Below are positions 11,307-22,582 of a stretch of DNA of 64,000 nt, piece after piece; positions within the stretch are counted from its first letter, which is position 1; each line of letters begins with the position of its first letter. The notes under the pieces are model-generated. The model saw nothing but the letters and a program-made list of their open reading frames with translations. It ran no database searches and had not been told where the DNA came from. The stretch comes from an uncultured delta proteobacterium. GTDB lineage: Bacteria; Desulfobacterota; Binatia; UBA9968. Both the position numbers and the translations under genes were made by a program. The stretch is taken from positions 32,001 to 96,000 of the forward strand of contig CAWJZV010000015.1 of assembly GCA_963847445.1 (NCBI GenBank), read 5' to 3'.

Positions 11307-11777
11307 TCACGGATGCGGGTGCAGGGGATCGACCCAGTAGACTTCCTCCGGCGGCTCGGCGGGCTCGATATCCAGGTTGATGACGATGGGATCTTGACCG
11401 CTGCGGACGAGGACGCAACTGAGAACCTCGGTTTTGCTCGCGTTGATCTCTTGATGGGGCACGAACGGCGGAACGAAAATGAAATCGCCGGGCCCCGCCT
11501 CCGCGACAAACTCCAGCTGTTCGCCCCAGCGCATGCGCGCCCGGCCGTTGACGACGTAGATAACGCTTTCCAACTCGCCATGATGGTGCGCGCCGGTTTT
11601 GGCGTTGGCATCGACCATGACCGTGCCTGCCCAAAGTTTGCCGGCCCCCGTCCGGGCATGGGTGATGGCCGCCGCTCTCGTCATCCCGGGCGTCTGCGGC
11701 GTATTGAGATCGAGTTGCGAGCTCGTAATGATTTTGACTCCGTGCTCGCGCCAATTTGGCTGTGACTCGGAACTCAT
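11307..11777 (-). CDS. Cupin domain protein
   Basis: HHHGELESVIYV and AGPGDFIFVPPFVPHQE cupin motifs. Confidence 0.88.
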   Translation of the reverse strand: MSSESQPNWREHGVKIITSSQLDLNTPQTPGMTRAAAITHARTGAGKLWAGTVMVDANAKTGAHHHGELESVIYVVNGRARMRWGEQLEFVAEAGPGDFIFVPPFVPHQEINASKTEVLSCVLVRSGQDPIVINLDIEPAEPPEEVYWVDPLHPHP

Positions 11778-11861
11778 TCCATCCTCCTGTTCTGTTCCCA
11801 ACTACCTTCGCTGGTTGTGCATCGAACGAGGAATGCCATCGCGCCACAGACAGTTATGGAA

Positions 11862-12599
11862 TCATTTATCGAGCGGGTGGCGCGTCGCCGCGGCGGCGAG
11901 TTCCGTTTCGTTGGTCAGGTCCAGACGCAGCGGCGTCATCGAGACGTAGCCATGTTCGATGGCCCAGCGGTCGGTTCCCTCCTCGGCGCCTTCGATCGGG
12001 ATGACGCTAAACCAAAAATGTTTGCGGCCCAGCGGGTCTTCGCCCGGCACCACCCGGCCATCGTAGTGCCGCACCGATTGCCGTGTCCAGCGCAGACCTT
12101 GCGGCGTTTCCTCGGGAAAATTCACGTTGACGAGAGTCAGATTTGCGTCCTTGAGCAAAATCTCAAGGACTTTTTCGGCCGACGGCTTGATGATGTCGAA
12201 GTTCGGCTCATCGTTGTTTGCGGGCATGCTCAAGGCGATACCGCGCAGTCCCAACAGCGTCGCCTGTTTTGCCGCCGCCACGGTGCCGGAGTGCCAGAGG
12301 GAGTTTCCTAGATTAGCGCCGAAATTAATTCCCGAAATCACCACGTCCACTTTCTCCCAGTTGTGCGCGCCGATCACGACGCAATCCGCCGGGGTTCCAT
12401 TGACGCGAAAAGCTTCAAAGCTCTGGATCGGCGTGCGTTTGTAGGTAAGCGGCCGCAGGGCCGTGATCGAATGTCCCGCCGAAGACTGCTCGACATCCGG
12501 CGCCACGATCCGCACGTCGCCGAACTTCGCAGCGACTTCCGCCAGCGCGAGAATGCCGGGGCTATAGATTCCGTCGTCATTGGTAATTAAAATACGCAT
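11862..12599 (-). CDS. surE: 5'/3'-nucleotidase SurE
   Basis: MRILITNDDG, NGTPADCV, SGINFGANLG, SGTVAAA, SMTPL. Confidence 0.95.
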   Translation of the reverse strand: MRILITNDDGIYSPGILALAEVAAKFGDVRIVAPDVEQSSAGHSITALRPLTYKRTPIQSFEAFRVNGTPADCVVIGAHNWEKVDVVISGINFGANLGNSLWHSGTVAAAKQATLLGLRGIALSMPANNDEPNFDIIKPSAEKVLEILLKDANLTLVNVNFPEETPQGLRWTRQSVRHYDGRVVPGEDPLGRKHFWFSVIPIEGAEEGTDRWAIEHGYVSMTPLRLDLTNETELAAAATRHPLDK

Positions 12600-12704
12600 C
12601 GGCCTGGACCTCCTTGAATCAAGCTGCCGCGACTGTCAATCTGACAAGCGCACCATGATCAGTATTTCATATTTAATCGACCGATCTACCCGGACTGGAA
12701 AAGA

Positions 12705-13636
12705 ATGAATGTAACCCTCATACACAATCCTGACGCAGGCGGCGACAACCAACTCTCCGGCGACGACATTTTAGAACTGATTGACAAGGCCGGACATTCA
12801 GCAACGTTGCAGTCGTCCAAGGACGTTGGCTGGGATAAGGCGCTGCAAGAGGCCCGCCGATATCGTCGCCGTGGCCGGAGGCGACGGCATCGTCGGTCAA
12901 GTCGCCAAGCGGATGATCGGCAGGCGGATTCCTATCGCCATCCTGCCCATGGGCACCGCCAACAATGTCGCCACGACTCTCGGTGTGAAGCACCTGGCCA
13001 TCGATGAGTTGATTTTCGGCTGGACCTCCGCCCGGCGCGTAAAGTTCGACGTCGGCAACGCCAAGGGACCGTGGGGATCCATCCGCTTTCATCGAAGGCT
13101 TGGGCATGGGACTATTTACCGACACCATGTCGCGGCTGGACGCCAGGGACAATATCCAACTTGCTCACCTCAGCGATACTGACGAGAAGTTGATTTCCGT
13201 TTTGCAGATGCTAAGAAGCCGCGTCGAAAGCTGCCACTCGCAGGAGATGAAGATCACATTCGATGACCGCGATCTGTCGGGAAAATATATTTTGTTGGAA
13301 GCGATGAATATTCATTACGTCGGGCCCAATTTCCACCTCGCTCCGCCCGCGGACCCTGGGGATGGTTTGCTCGATCTGGTTATCGCCTCGTATGACGAGA
13401 GAGAACGGATACATCAATATCTTTCAGACCGTATCGATAATAAATCAAACTATCCGGGATTGACGATTCACAAAGGCAAATATTTGCGCATCGAATGCGC
13501 AGGCTTGACGGTGCACATCGACGATGATCTCTGGCCCGAAATCGGCGCGCCTCCTGCGCCTGACTCGATCGTTATCGAGGTAACGTGTCGTTGCCGAAGC
13601 ACTGGAAATGCTCGCGCCGGCTTGAAGCAACGGTAA
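12705..13636 (+). CDS. Diacylglycerol/lipid kinase family protein (two frameshifts)
   Basis: LIHNPDAG (ORF 12705), VAGGDG and ILPMGTANNVA (ORF 12781), ADPGDGLLDL and HIDDD (ORF 13100). Confidence 0.82.
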
Positions 13637-13885
13637 AAGATGGGAAAGGGGTCGATCCGCTTTTCGCTAATCGGCATTGTGCGAGTAACTAATCGATCAG
13701 TATGGCTCGACCGTTGCGATCGAATATCCCGCCGTGCGGGCGTAGATCTTGCGGGGCTTGTCGTCAGGGGGAGTGGCATTTTCATTACCTGCGCTTTGGA
13801 TGCCCCGCCAATTGCAATTATCAGCGGTGAGCTGGTTTCGGCTTTGTGTAAGCACAGAAAAATAACCATCCATTCCAGTGAGTCT

Positions 13886-14974
13886 TTACCTTTGCGGTAG
13901 CGGGTCGGGGCCGGTGAGCTTCTTGAATAGCTCTACGGCTTCGCGGTCGCGCGGCATGTCTCTGATTGTTTGCTCCAGTTCCTCCGGCATTTGCGGCTCG
14001 GCCTTTAGGCCGGTGAGCTTGGTATACTCCTTGGAAAATTCGGGGTCTCTATAGGTCTTGCGCATCGCTTCCTGCAGGATGAGGACCCGGTCTTTAGGCG
14101 TGCCGGGAGTCAGGATAAACGGATTGCCGCTGCCCACGAAGGCCCGGTACAGCGCGACAACTTTCCGATCCATGGCCGACTTGGCAAAGGTCTCGATGTC
14201 AGGGAGTTCGGCAAAGCGGGGATGGCTGTGTTTCCGTCCCTTCGGAATCTCGATGATGCCGTGGAAGTCCATGAGACCTTTATCGACCCATTGAGGTTTT
14301 TCGTGCAGGAGAGCGTCCGCCACGGTTGACCTGGTGTCTATTTCACCCTGCTCGATGGCGACATCGAGTTCGGGTGAGGTGTATCCGGTGACGAATCTGG
14401 GTTGTTTCAGGCCCATCAGGTACGCGAACATTCGGCCGGAGATGTAGATCAAGTGTCCCACTGACTGGGAGCCGATTCTCGTACCTGAAACCGCGCGGAG
14501 CTTCTCCATGTTGTCGAGGCCCGCCTCCCTGCGCGTAAAAAAAACATGGTAGCCGCCGCTATAGCTGGTTCCCAGATAGCTCACTTTATCGATGTCATAG
14601 AGAACCCCGCTCTCTCCGAGCATGGGATGCATCACGAATGGCGTCGACATACGGCCGATGGTCAGGCCGTCCGGACGGACCGAATTGAACATGTGGTTCG
14701 CCGCCTTGCGCCCGCCGCCGCCGTCCATGTACTGCATCACAATGGTAGGATTTCCCGGAATATACTTTTGCAGAAAAGGCACAACGGCTTTGGTCCGCAT
14801 GCTGCCGACTCCGCCGGGCGCGCTGCTCTCAAGGATGGTAACGGTTTTCCCTTGGAAGAAAGAAGTTTGCGGAAAAGCGACGCCGCCCATGAAGAGATCA
14901 AAGCAAAGACCGAGCAGCAGCGCGCCAAGAGAGATTTGGCGAAACACCACCGATTGGGATTTGTCGCGTTTCAT
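13886..14974 (-). CDS. Bug/TctC tripartite tricarboxylate transporter substrate-binding protein
   Basis: KYIPGNPTIV, GGGGRKAAN, PDGLTIG, TPGTPKDRV.IL..A. Confidence 0.85.
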   Translation of the reverse strand: MKRDKSQSVVFRQISLGALLLGLCFDLFMGGVAFPQTSFFQGKTVTILESSAPGGVGSMRTKAVVPFLQKYIPGNPTIVMQYMDGGGGRKAANHMFNSVRPDGLTIGRMSTPFVMHPMLGESGVLYDIDKVSYLGTSYSGGYHVFFTRREAGLDNMEKLRAVSGTRIGSQSVGHLIYISGRMFAYLMGLKQPRFVTGYTSPELDVAIEQGEIDTRSTVADALLHEKPQWVDKGLMDFHGIIEIPKGRKHSHPRFAELPDIETFAKSAMDRKVVALYRAFVGSGNPFILTPGTPKDRVLILQEAMRKTYRDPEFSKEYTKLTGLKAEPQMPEELEQTIRDMPRDREAVELFKKLTGPDPLPQR

Positions 14975-15196
14975 AGGCACCCCCGTAAGTATGGGAACTG
15001 CGGTTTTCGTCAACTCTCTTGCCGTGATCCTCCCGGTGAACCGTAATGACTCGAAGCCCGACTAACACCTCTGAAAAGTCGTGTCAATGAGACATTCTTG
15101 GCCTGCCGTATGAAACGGGCCGCTGCGTGGCCTGGTGGAAGCGGCAAATTCCACCCGTGGCCGGGAGTCATCGCATCCAGGCGCCGGGCGGACCCG

Positions 15197-15270
15197 GTTC
15201 AATTGCTTCAACCGTTTTTTTTTGCTCCGTTCGATGTCTGATGGCGTTGCAATAGTTCAAGCGTTCAAGG
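15197..15270. repeat. Degenerate GTTCAA-core tandem repeats
   Basis: GTTCAATTG-CTTCAACC-GTT and GTTGCAATA-GTTCAAGC-GTTCAAGG; same core as 41970 and 47577. Confidence 0.5.
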
Positions 15271-15338
15271 TCAGATTCGGAGAGGGCTTCCAGGTTTCTG
15301 GCATTCCGCAACAGTCTAAATAAAGTTTAGTAACGAGC

Positions 15339-17112
15339 CTACTGACTGGAGGTAACGAAAAGATAAGACATGAACCGGCAAAGATCATTTAAAAAACGGA
15401 CCGGCAAGGAGATATCTCGTCGATGTCTGGACTTGGCAGCGAGGTTGCGCTCGCGGGGACGGCTGGGGAGTGAAAAGAACTGCCTGCGTGCCGGTGCACG
15501 GGTTGGGATCTCGGTTCTCAATGGGCGTTGGGCGCTTTTGGGCGGCTCGTTGTTTAGGACGACGTTTTCGAAAGGTGCATCGGGCCGGGTGGTCAGCTCG
15601 GCGGCGGCGTCTTTCATGGCCGGGTGCTCGACGGCGCGCGACAGCACTTCGTTCTTGGTCGGCCCCTGCTTGTTGCCGAGGAATGGCTTGATGATGAGAT
15701 GGATCACGTCGCGAAGCGGCATGTAGCGGGTAAAGCGGCGGAGCAAGCGAAACGTCTGCACCGGGTAGTGCAACAGCTTGTACAGAAACAGCCGTCGCAG
15801 ACCGGCGGTGCGCTCGGCATTGATCATCGGGCCGCTGAGACAGGTCGGATCGATCTCCGAACATTTAAAATATTTGAACCAATCGTCGTCGTCGTCCACC
15901 AAACCGCGCTGGACGTACTCCTTCCAGAGCGGCGTGCCGCGATAGACGCATAAGCGGTTGAAGCCGAAGGTGTCGAGCCGGAGCTTGGCGGCGAAGGAGA
16001 ATGTGGCGCGCATATCTTCTACGGTTTCATCCGGGCTGCCGACGACGAAAAAACCGTGGACGATCTCGATGCCGGCCGCTTTGGCGCGCGTCACCGAACT
16101 CGCGACTTCCTCCAGTGTCTGCTCTTTTTTCAAACGGTCGAGCACTTTCTGGCTGCCGCTTTCCACGCCGAACATCGAGCGTGCGGCAATGGGCCTTGGC
16201 CATGGCCGGAAAGAGATGCTGGGCCACCGAGTCGACCCGCCCTTCGCAACCCCACTGGATGGCGATTTGGTTGTCGTTGATGCCTCGGCAGATCGCTTCG
16301 ATGCGTTTGGGCTGCAGGAGAAAATGGTCGTCGACGAAATACACCGCGCCATAACCCTGGGACTGCAAATGCTTGAACTCCTCGACCACGTGCTGCGCGC
16401 TGCGCGAGCGCCATTTACCTTCGTTGAAGATCGGGATATCGCAGAAAACGCAGGGCCACGGACAGCCGCGCGAAGTCTGCATGGTCGTGAAGCGCTCCAT
16501 GGACAGCACACAGGGAACGTCGAGCGGCATGGACTCGACGAAATCGAGGGGCAGGCTTTCCCGGTCGGGAAAGGGCCATTGATCTAAATTGCGGTCGAGA
16601 GGACGATTGATGTTGCTGATGATCTGGCCGTCTTTTTCCCAGGTCAGGCCCGCCACGCTGCCGGGATCGTCCAACCGCTCGAGCAGATCGAGCAGCAACT
16701 GCTCGCCGTCGCCGCGGCAGACAAAGTCAACTTCGGGACACTGGCGTTTGACGCGCTCGGCGTTCAAGGTGGCAAACACGCCGCCGAAGGCGAGGCGCAC
16801 GCGGGCGTCCGAGGCGCGGATCTGGCGCGCGAGAATTTTGGCATGGGGATAACTCGTCGTGCTCAGGAAACTCAAGCCGACGAGATCGGGGCGCTGCTTG
16901 CGAATCTCTTCGATGATCGTTTCGTTGGGTGTTTCGGGATTGGCCTGGTCGAACATGACGCATTCGTGACCGGCGCGTTTGACGACGGCGGAGAGGGACA
17001 TAATGCCGATCGGAGGAAAACCCATGACGCGGATATTGCCATTGGCGGCGCGCTTGGCGGCGGGCAGCGCATAAAACTGCGGATCGCGAACGTGGATCAA
17101 GAACACGCGCAT
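15339..17112 (-). CDS. Cobalamin-binding radical SAM protein (frameshift near 16180; 3' end uncertain)
   Basis: B12 domain PPIGIMSL, PDLVGLS, GGVFAT, GDGE; CxxxCxxC SRGCPWPCVFC; FGVESGSQKVL, FFVVGSPDET, YRGTPL. Confidence 0.88.
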
Positions 17113-17388
17113 ACAAAACAGACTATCATGCTGGGACTTTTCCACAATCCCGCGCTCTAGAAGTTTCCCGTGCCGAACTTCGGATGGTTCAAGATGAATG
17201 CCGGGACCCTTATGAATGGATTGTCCGACTCGGTGAGTCTCCGGATCAATTGAAAAGAATAGGTCACATTCTAAATTTCCATTTTTTTCTCGCTCGGCTT
17301 TCGGACTTAGGCTGACATCCTTGCAGCATGCACTCGTGACGCTTGTCGCGGTTGTCTGCCGGTATAACCGAACTCTCGGAAGATAATT

Positions 17389-17685
17389 TTACCGATCTAC
17401 GCGACTCAAGCGTACGCGCCGGCTTTGCGCGTCGTATTCGCAGCGGAGTCGAACTTCGCGTCCGGTTCTGTCTCTAGCCTGGATTGTCACGTCCCAATCA
17501 TTACGTCCCTGCGCTCGCACGGACTGCACATCGATTCTGCGGTACCCCTCGTCGTGCGCTTCTTCCGTGCACTGGCTTCGCGCGCGCTCGCGCGGCCGAT
17601 AGTCATCCTCATCATAGTCTACCGGAATGACACAGCTCGAAAGTGCAAGAACAGCAACTCCTAAACCTAGCCATTTATCGTTCAT
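17389..17685 (-). CDS. Hypothetical small lipoprotein
   Basis: RBS AAGGAGG; lipobox-like LALSSC; two further Cys in the mature part. Confidence 0.7.
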   Translation of the reverse strand: MNDKWLGLGVAVLALSSCVIPVDYDEDDYRPRERARSQCTEEAHDEGYRRIDVQSVRAQGRNDWDVTIQARDRTGREVRLRCEYDAQSRRVRLSRVDR

Positions 17686-18294
17686 ATATGCCTCCTTGAT
17701 GATTCATCGATACACGCTTAACCGGTCTTGTTTCGCCATCCGATCCGATGGCTTCACAGTCGATGATATATCACTGGCAGAGCACTGCAAGTGACCTTTG
17801 ACCGTAGGAGCAGATCCGATCATGGTCAAATTAATCGCCGGTGGTTCGAGTCGCCGGTTGACGCAGATCTTATTTTCAAGTTTCCAAAGGGGGAGATACG
17901 GCCGTGATGCTGTTTTCAAAACTCTTTCCCTTGGTGAATCGATGTAAAATGTAAGTTAAGCTCTAGTCTACTACGGTTCCTGTGAGCAAAGAACGTAAAG
18001 CTGTCGTCAAATGACACTGCAGGACCATGCCCTGAATTGTCCTGATGAATCGAAGGACTCCGCGACAATTCACGTAGGCGTTGCAAAACGCCGAAACGCA
18101 AAAAGACGGCGAACAGGCGTCTGAATTCTGAAAGCGATCTCAGAAAATAGCTGCCCTATCGTTGCTGGCCGCGAAATTGAATTACTGTTGGCTGCTAGTC
18201 CGGAAGTCTTGGTGCGGGACCCATTAGGACCCTGCCCACTAACGTGGCTCGAAAAACCCATTCGTGCAGGGTATGTTCGCCCAAGTGCTATTGG

Positions 18295-18822
18295 CTATTT
18301 CCCTACGCTCTCCAACAGATCCGCCGCTCTTTCTCTCACTTCTTCGTTGGGATCGGAGCTGGCTCTGCGCAAAGACTCGCGATCTCCCCGTAGGGCCAGC
18401 ACTTCAAGCACCTCGATGCGAAACTCTGGATCGGCATCGGCTAAGCCTTGTCCGATCATTGCCGTAACCGTGGCGCCCTTTCTTTCGGAGAGAGCCTGAA
18501 GCGCCGCGTCCTTTACTTCCCGGTTGGGGTCGGCGAGGGCGTTTGCCAGAGTGGCGAGAGTCGTCACATCGCTAAACTTTTCCATCGCCTCGATGGTCTC
18601 GATGCGCGCCGCCACTCGGCGCTCTTCAAATTCTTTGTCTGAAACGCCCGACCCGCTTCCTGTGCTCCGCGGCTGGCTCGGCTCATCTGCGGACTTAACC
18701 GGAGCCGACGCGGATTGCGGCTCCGATACCCTGTTGCCGTCCGCAGTCTTTCTCAGTGAAAAATAAACCGCGGCGACGACCAGACAGAGTAAAACCAACG
18801 CCGCAACATAATTGAAATTCAT
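18295..18822 (-). CDS. Membrane-anchored HEAT-repeat protein
   Basis: N-terminal TM (YVAALVLLCLVVAAVYF), Ser/Pro linker, repeats LADPNREVKDAALQAL / LADADPEFRIEVLEVL / SDPNEEVRERAADLL. Confidence 0.78.
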   Translation of the reverse strand: MNFNYVAALVLLCLVVAAVYFSLRKTADGNRVSEPQSASAPVKSADEPSQPRSTGSGSGVSDKEFEERRVAARIETIEAMEKFSDVTTLATLANALADPNREVKDAALQALSERKGATVTAMIGQGLADADPEFRIEVLEVLALRGDRESLRRASSDPNEEVRERAADLLESVGK

Positions 18823-18920
18823 GGGACCGTGGCTCGACCGGTAACGTCTATCTGTCGCGTTACGGGATGGCCGGCCGGCGCGCAACTTTTTTACTCGAGC
18901 GGTCATGTAACCGGCCTAGC

Positions 18921-18936
18921 GCAAAGCGCGGACCAA
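18921..18936 (-). promoter_or_regulatory. Possible sigma-54 (-24/-12) promoter for the HEAT-repeat gene
   Basis: Minus strand TTGGTCCGCGCTTTGC = GG-N10-GC, about 100 nt upstream of the ATG; imperfect match to TGGCAC. Confidence 0.35.
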
Positions 18937-19412
18937 TGGCCGAAATGGATGTACTGAATGAAAAGCGATGTCATGTCAGGATTTCAAATCCCTCCAATGA
19001 GAGGAGGATGGGGCTAGAAAGCCTGAAGAGTTATTTAACGATTTAAAAATCTAGCGTTCATGCCTGATGGGGTGTCAGCGATCATGGTCGTGCATGAGAC
19101 TGTTGGAATCGTGTTGGAATTGAAGTCGTGCGCGGAGCAAATAGGACAGAAATAGGACCGGGTTAAATTTTATTCCTTGATTCGACAAGGGCTGGCTATC
19201 ACGGCAGCAAGCTGGGAGAATAAATCGCTATGGTTACGAAGCGGGCGATCACAAGAAAATCAAAGCAATAGCAATAAGGCCTGCGTTGCAGATTTGCCGC
19301 CGATTACAAGCTGCGGCCTTGCGAGTAAAACCCGATGAGGAAAGCACCGACTTGAGAGCCGTTATAGCCGCCACGGTGGATCGGTGTGTGCTATCAAGGT
19401 TGAAGACCGCGA

Positions 19413-20060
19413 ATGGTTGAGTCGATCTCAATAAAAAGACTCTCAGGTGACACCGACCCAAGCGGCTCGCATTGGGCGGCGGTGCGCGAACTATGTGGTC
19501 GCACGGCGAACGATGGCGCAGCGATCGCAGCCGAGCGTTGGCCATTGTTTGGCGAGATCTGGATCGAGCCCTATCGAAAATTGCTACCGGATTGGACCTA
19601 TGTGGCGTTGGTGGAGGAGAGAGTAGTCGGTTATCTGACCGGTTGCCCCGATACCGCGGGCTTTGCCCACCGGCAATTCGTCCGTTGTACGCTGCCGCTG
19701 TTGCGCCACATAGTCTTTGGCCGTTTTCGTGGGGATTCCTATGGTAAGCGCTTCGTGCGCCAGCAACTAGGGCTGGAAAAAAGCGTCGTGCGGCGCTTTC
19801 CCAGGCCGGTGCGCCGGCAGATCGCGGCGGCATTCCCGGCCCACCTGCATATGAACGTCGACGCCGATTACCGCCATGGCGGTGTCGGAACGCGGTTGAT
19901 GATGCAGTACGTCGACGATTTGCGACGAGTGCAGATTCCCGGCGTGCATCTGTTCTGCGGGGGAGTTCCCGTGCCATTCTACACCCGTATGGGATATTGC
20001 GAACTTTCGGTTGCCCCGGTGCGCGGCCATAACGTGCATGCGATGGGGTTACGTTTGTAA
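19413..20060 (+). CDS. GNAT family N-acetyltransferase
   Basis: VVGYLTG, FPAHLHMNVDADYRHGGVGTRL acetyl-CoA motif, FYTRMGY. Confidence 0.85.
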   Translation: MVESISIKRLSGDTDPSGSHWAAVRELCGRTANDGAAIAAERWPLFGEIWIEPYRKLLPDWTYVALVEERVVGYLTGCPDTAGFAHRQFVRCTLPLLRHIVFGRFRGDSYGKRFVRQQLGLEKSVVRRFPRPVRRQIAAAFPAHLHMNVDADYRHGGVGTRLMMQYVDDLRRVQIPGVHLFCGGVPVPFYTRMGYCELSVAPVRGHNVHAMGLRL

Positions 20061-20078
20061 TCGCTGCGGGGCATTCGC

Positions 20079-20107
20079 TTGACGTGACGACAACGCTTCA
20101 ATAGAGT
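20079..20107 (+). promoter_or_regulatory. Putative sigma-70 promoter of the cyclase operon
   Basis: TTGACG-17 nt-TAGAGT, 37 nt upstream of ATG 20145. Confidence 0.5.
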
Positions 20108-20144
20108 TCATTGCCTAACTCAATTACCCCGTTGATTCGCAACT

Positions 20145-21537
20145 ATGGCCGATGCCAACAAGAAAAAAATCCGCCTGTCGTTAAAACTGAAACTAAGTCT
20201 GCTGATCACGTTGCTGATCGTGCTGTCGGTGGTCATGGTCGGCGATTATTTATTGGACCAGGCCAAGGATAGTCTGCGCGGCGAGATCACCAAGCGTGGC
20301 AGCACCATCGCCCAGCATCTTGCGGCCAGCGGCAAAAACCCTCTGGTCACTCGAGACGAACTGACGCTTAGCCTGCTGGTTCGCGACGCGCTTAAAGATC
20401 CCGATGTCGCCTACGTGATCGTGGTCGACGAGGACAGTAAGATCGTCGCCCATGGCGATTTGAATTCCATCGGCAAAAAGTATCAGCGCCCCGGCGCTTT
20501 GAAACCCCTCGGCAACGACACCCTTGTGCAGAGTTACGACGACTCCGGCGGGCGGCGAGATCATCGACTTCGCGGTGCCTCTGGAGTTTAGCAAGGTGCG
20601 CGTCGGCGCGCTTTATCTTGGTTTTAGCGACCGCTCGATCCGCCAAACCATCGAGCGTGCGCGCGGCCAGACGATCTGGATCACCGGCTTGATGATCGTC
20701 GGCGGTGTGCTCGGCGCCGTCGCTCTGTCGATCGTATTGACCCGGCCGCTTCTCACACTCGCCCAGGGGACCAAGACCATCGCGGCGGGCAGTTTTGACG
20801 TTGTCCTGCCGGTGTCTTCGCGCGATGAAATCGGCGATCTCACCGTGTCTTTTAATGAGATGGCGAAAAACTTGAAGGAGAAGGAAAAGATCAAGCACGC
20901 GTTTAGCAGCTATGTGGCACGCCAGGTGGTCGACGAGATTCTGAAAAACCCGGACGGCATCATGCTCACCGGCGAACGCCGCGACGTGACCGTGATATTT
21001 TGCGATCTGCGCGGCTTTACCCCGCTGGCGGAGAAGCTTCCTCCTGAAGAAGTCGTCGCCGCGCTCAATGACTTTTATAGCTTGATGATCGACACGACCA
21101 TTAAGAACGATGGCAGCATCAATAAATTCCTTGGCGACGCGGTGATGGCGATCTTCGGCGCGCCGGTGCACTATGCGGATCATTCGCTGCGTGCCATCAA
21201 AACCGCGGTGGATATGCAAACCCAAGTCGCGGCACTGAGCGCGCGAAGGGTGAGTAACGGCAAGCCGCCCATCGCCATCGGCATCGGCGTCAGCGCCGGT
21301 GAGGCGGTGGCCGGCACCGTCGGCACTGAAAGCCAGATGGAATACACGGTCATCGGCGACCGGGTCAACTTGGCCGCGCGGCTGGAGTCTAATGCCAAGC
21401 CTGGGCAGATCCTCATCAGCCAAGAAACCTACGACCATGTGGCTGATCAAGTCAAAGCGCGATGTCTTGGTCCCATGAGCGTCAAGGGCAGGGAAGAGGC
21501 GGTCACGGTATTTGAAATTCTCGGCATGGCGGATTAG
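20145..21537 (+). CDS. Membrane class III adenylate cyclase (TM-sensor-TM-HAMP-cyclase), frameshift near 20550
   Basis: Two TMs, HAMP (RDEIGDLTVSFNEMA), cyclase motifs FCDLRGFT, INKFLGDAVMAIFG, YTVIGDRVNLAARLES. Confidence 0.9.
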
Positions 21538-21577
21538 ACATTTGACAGATAGAGACAGGGAATTGAGACAAAGACTT

Positions 21578-22582
21578 ATGAAATCGAGTGGGTTGCTGCT
21601 ATTTTGTTTAATGCTCGCCGGCTGCGGCGCGACTACTTCAACCCCTACATCGGTCCAAGCCGACCGGCCGGCGGGGGAGTTTTTCGAATCCGCGGATTAT
21701 TTTGTCGTCGTCGCCGGAAGCGGCGCTACGGCGCAGAATCTCGCCGCCAAATACCTCGGCGATGCCGATAAAGACTGGATGATCGAAGATTTTAACGGCT
21801 CGGCGACTTTCGCGGCGGGACAGCAGGTGGCGATTCCCAAGCGCCCGTGGAATCTTTCCGGTGTGACGCTCGACCGGCTACCAGTTGGTGCCGATCCTGG
21901 TCTACCACGATCTCGCGCCTCAGGCGCAAGGGACGCATGGTGATGGGCGCCAAAGGTTTCGAAGAGCAGATGCGCTATCTCAAGGCCAACGGCTATCGCG
22001 TCATTACGCTGAAAGAGTATGTCGAGTTTGTTTCGTTACAGCGCCAGTTGCCCAAGAAAAGCGTGTTGATCACCTTCGACGACGGCTACCGGTCGTTTCT
22101 TGCGCCACGCCTATCCGGTGCTCAAAGAGTTGGGTTTCTCGGCGACGCTGTTTATTTATACGGATTATGTCGCCGCCGGCGGCAACGCTTTTACCTGGGC
22201 CGAATTGAAAAAATTATCTGACGAGGGCTTTGCCATCCAGGCGCATTCAAAGAGCCATGGCGACATGGTGCGCGCCAATGCCGAAGGTGCCGCGGAATAT
22301 GACAGGCGTTTGGAAGCAGAACTGGTCCAGCCCAAGGCGCTGTTCCAAAAAAATCTCGGTTACGCTCCCGACATCATCGCCTATCCCTACGGCCGGCAGG
22401 ACGACGCGGTGGTGCGGCGCGCCAAGGAACGCGGTTACGTCGCGGCATTCACGGTGCGGCGCCAGGGCAGCCAGTCGTTTGTCGATCCCCATCGCATCCA
22501 CCGGATTCAAATCTATCCGGAAATGCGCATGGACGATTTCGTTAAAAGTCTCAGCGTCTTTAGCCAGGAAAGCATTAAGTGA
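21578..22582 (+). CDS. Lipoprotein with LysM-like segment and CE4 polysaccharide deacetylase domain (about three frameshifts)
   Basis: Lipobox LAGC; LAAKYLGDADKDWMI...AGQQVAIP; VPILVYH, ITFDDGY, HSKSH, AYPYG motifs across ORFs 21512, 21885, 21847 and 22100. Confidence 0.83.

Noticed and set aside
17150-17388. Possible cobalamin riboswitch upstream of the B12 radical SAM gene
   Set aside because: No recognisable B12-box or AGGGAA/GCCACTG-type core on the minus strand
17700-18290. Lower-GC gap with short ORFs
   Set aside because: No recognisable motif, RNA structure or repeat that I can support
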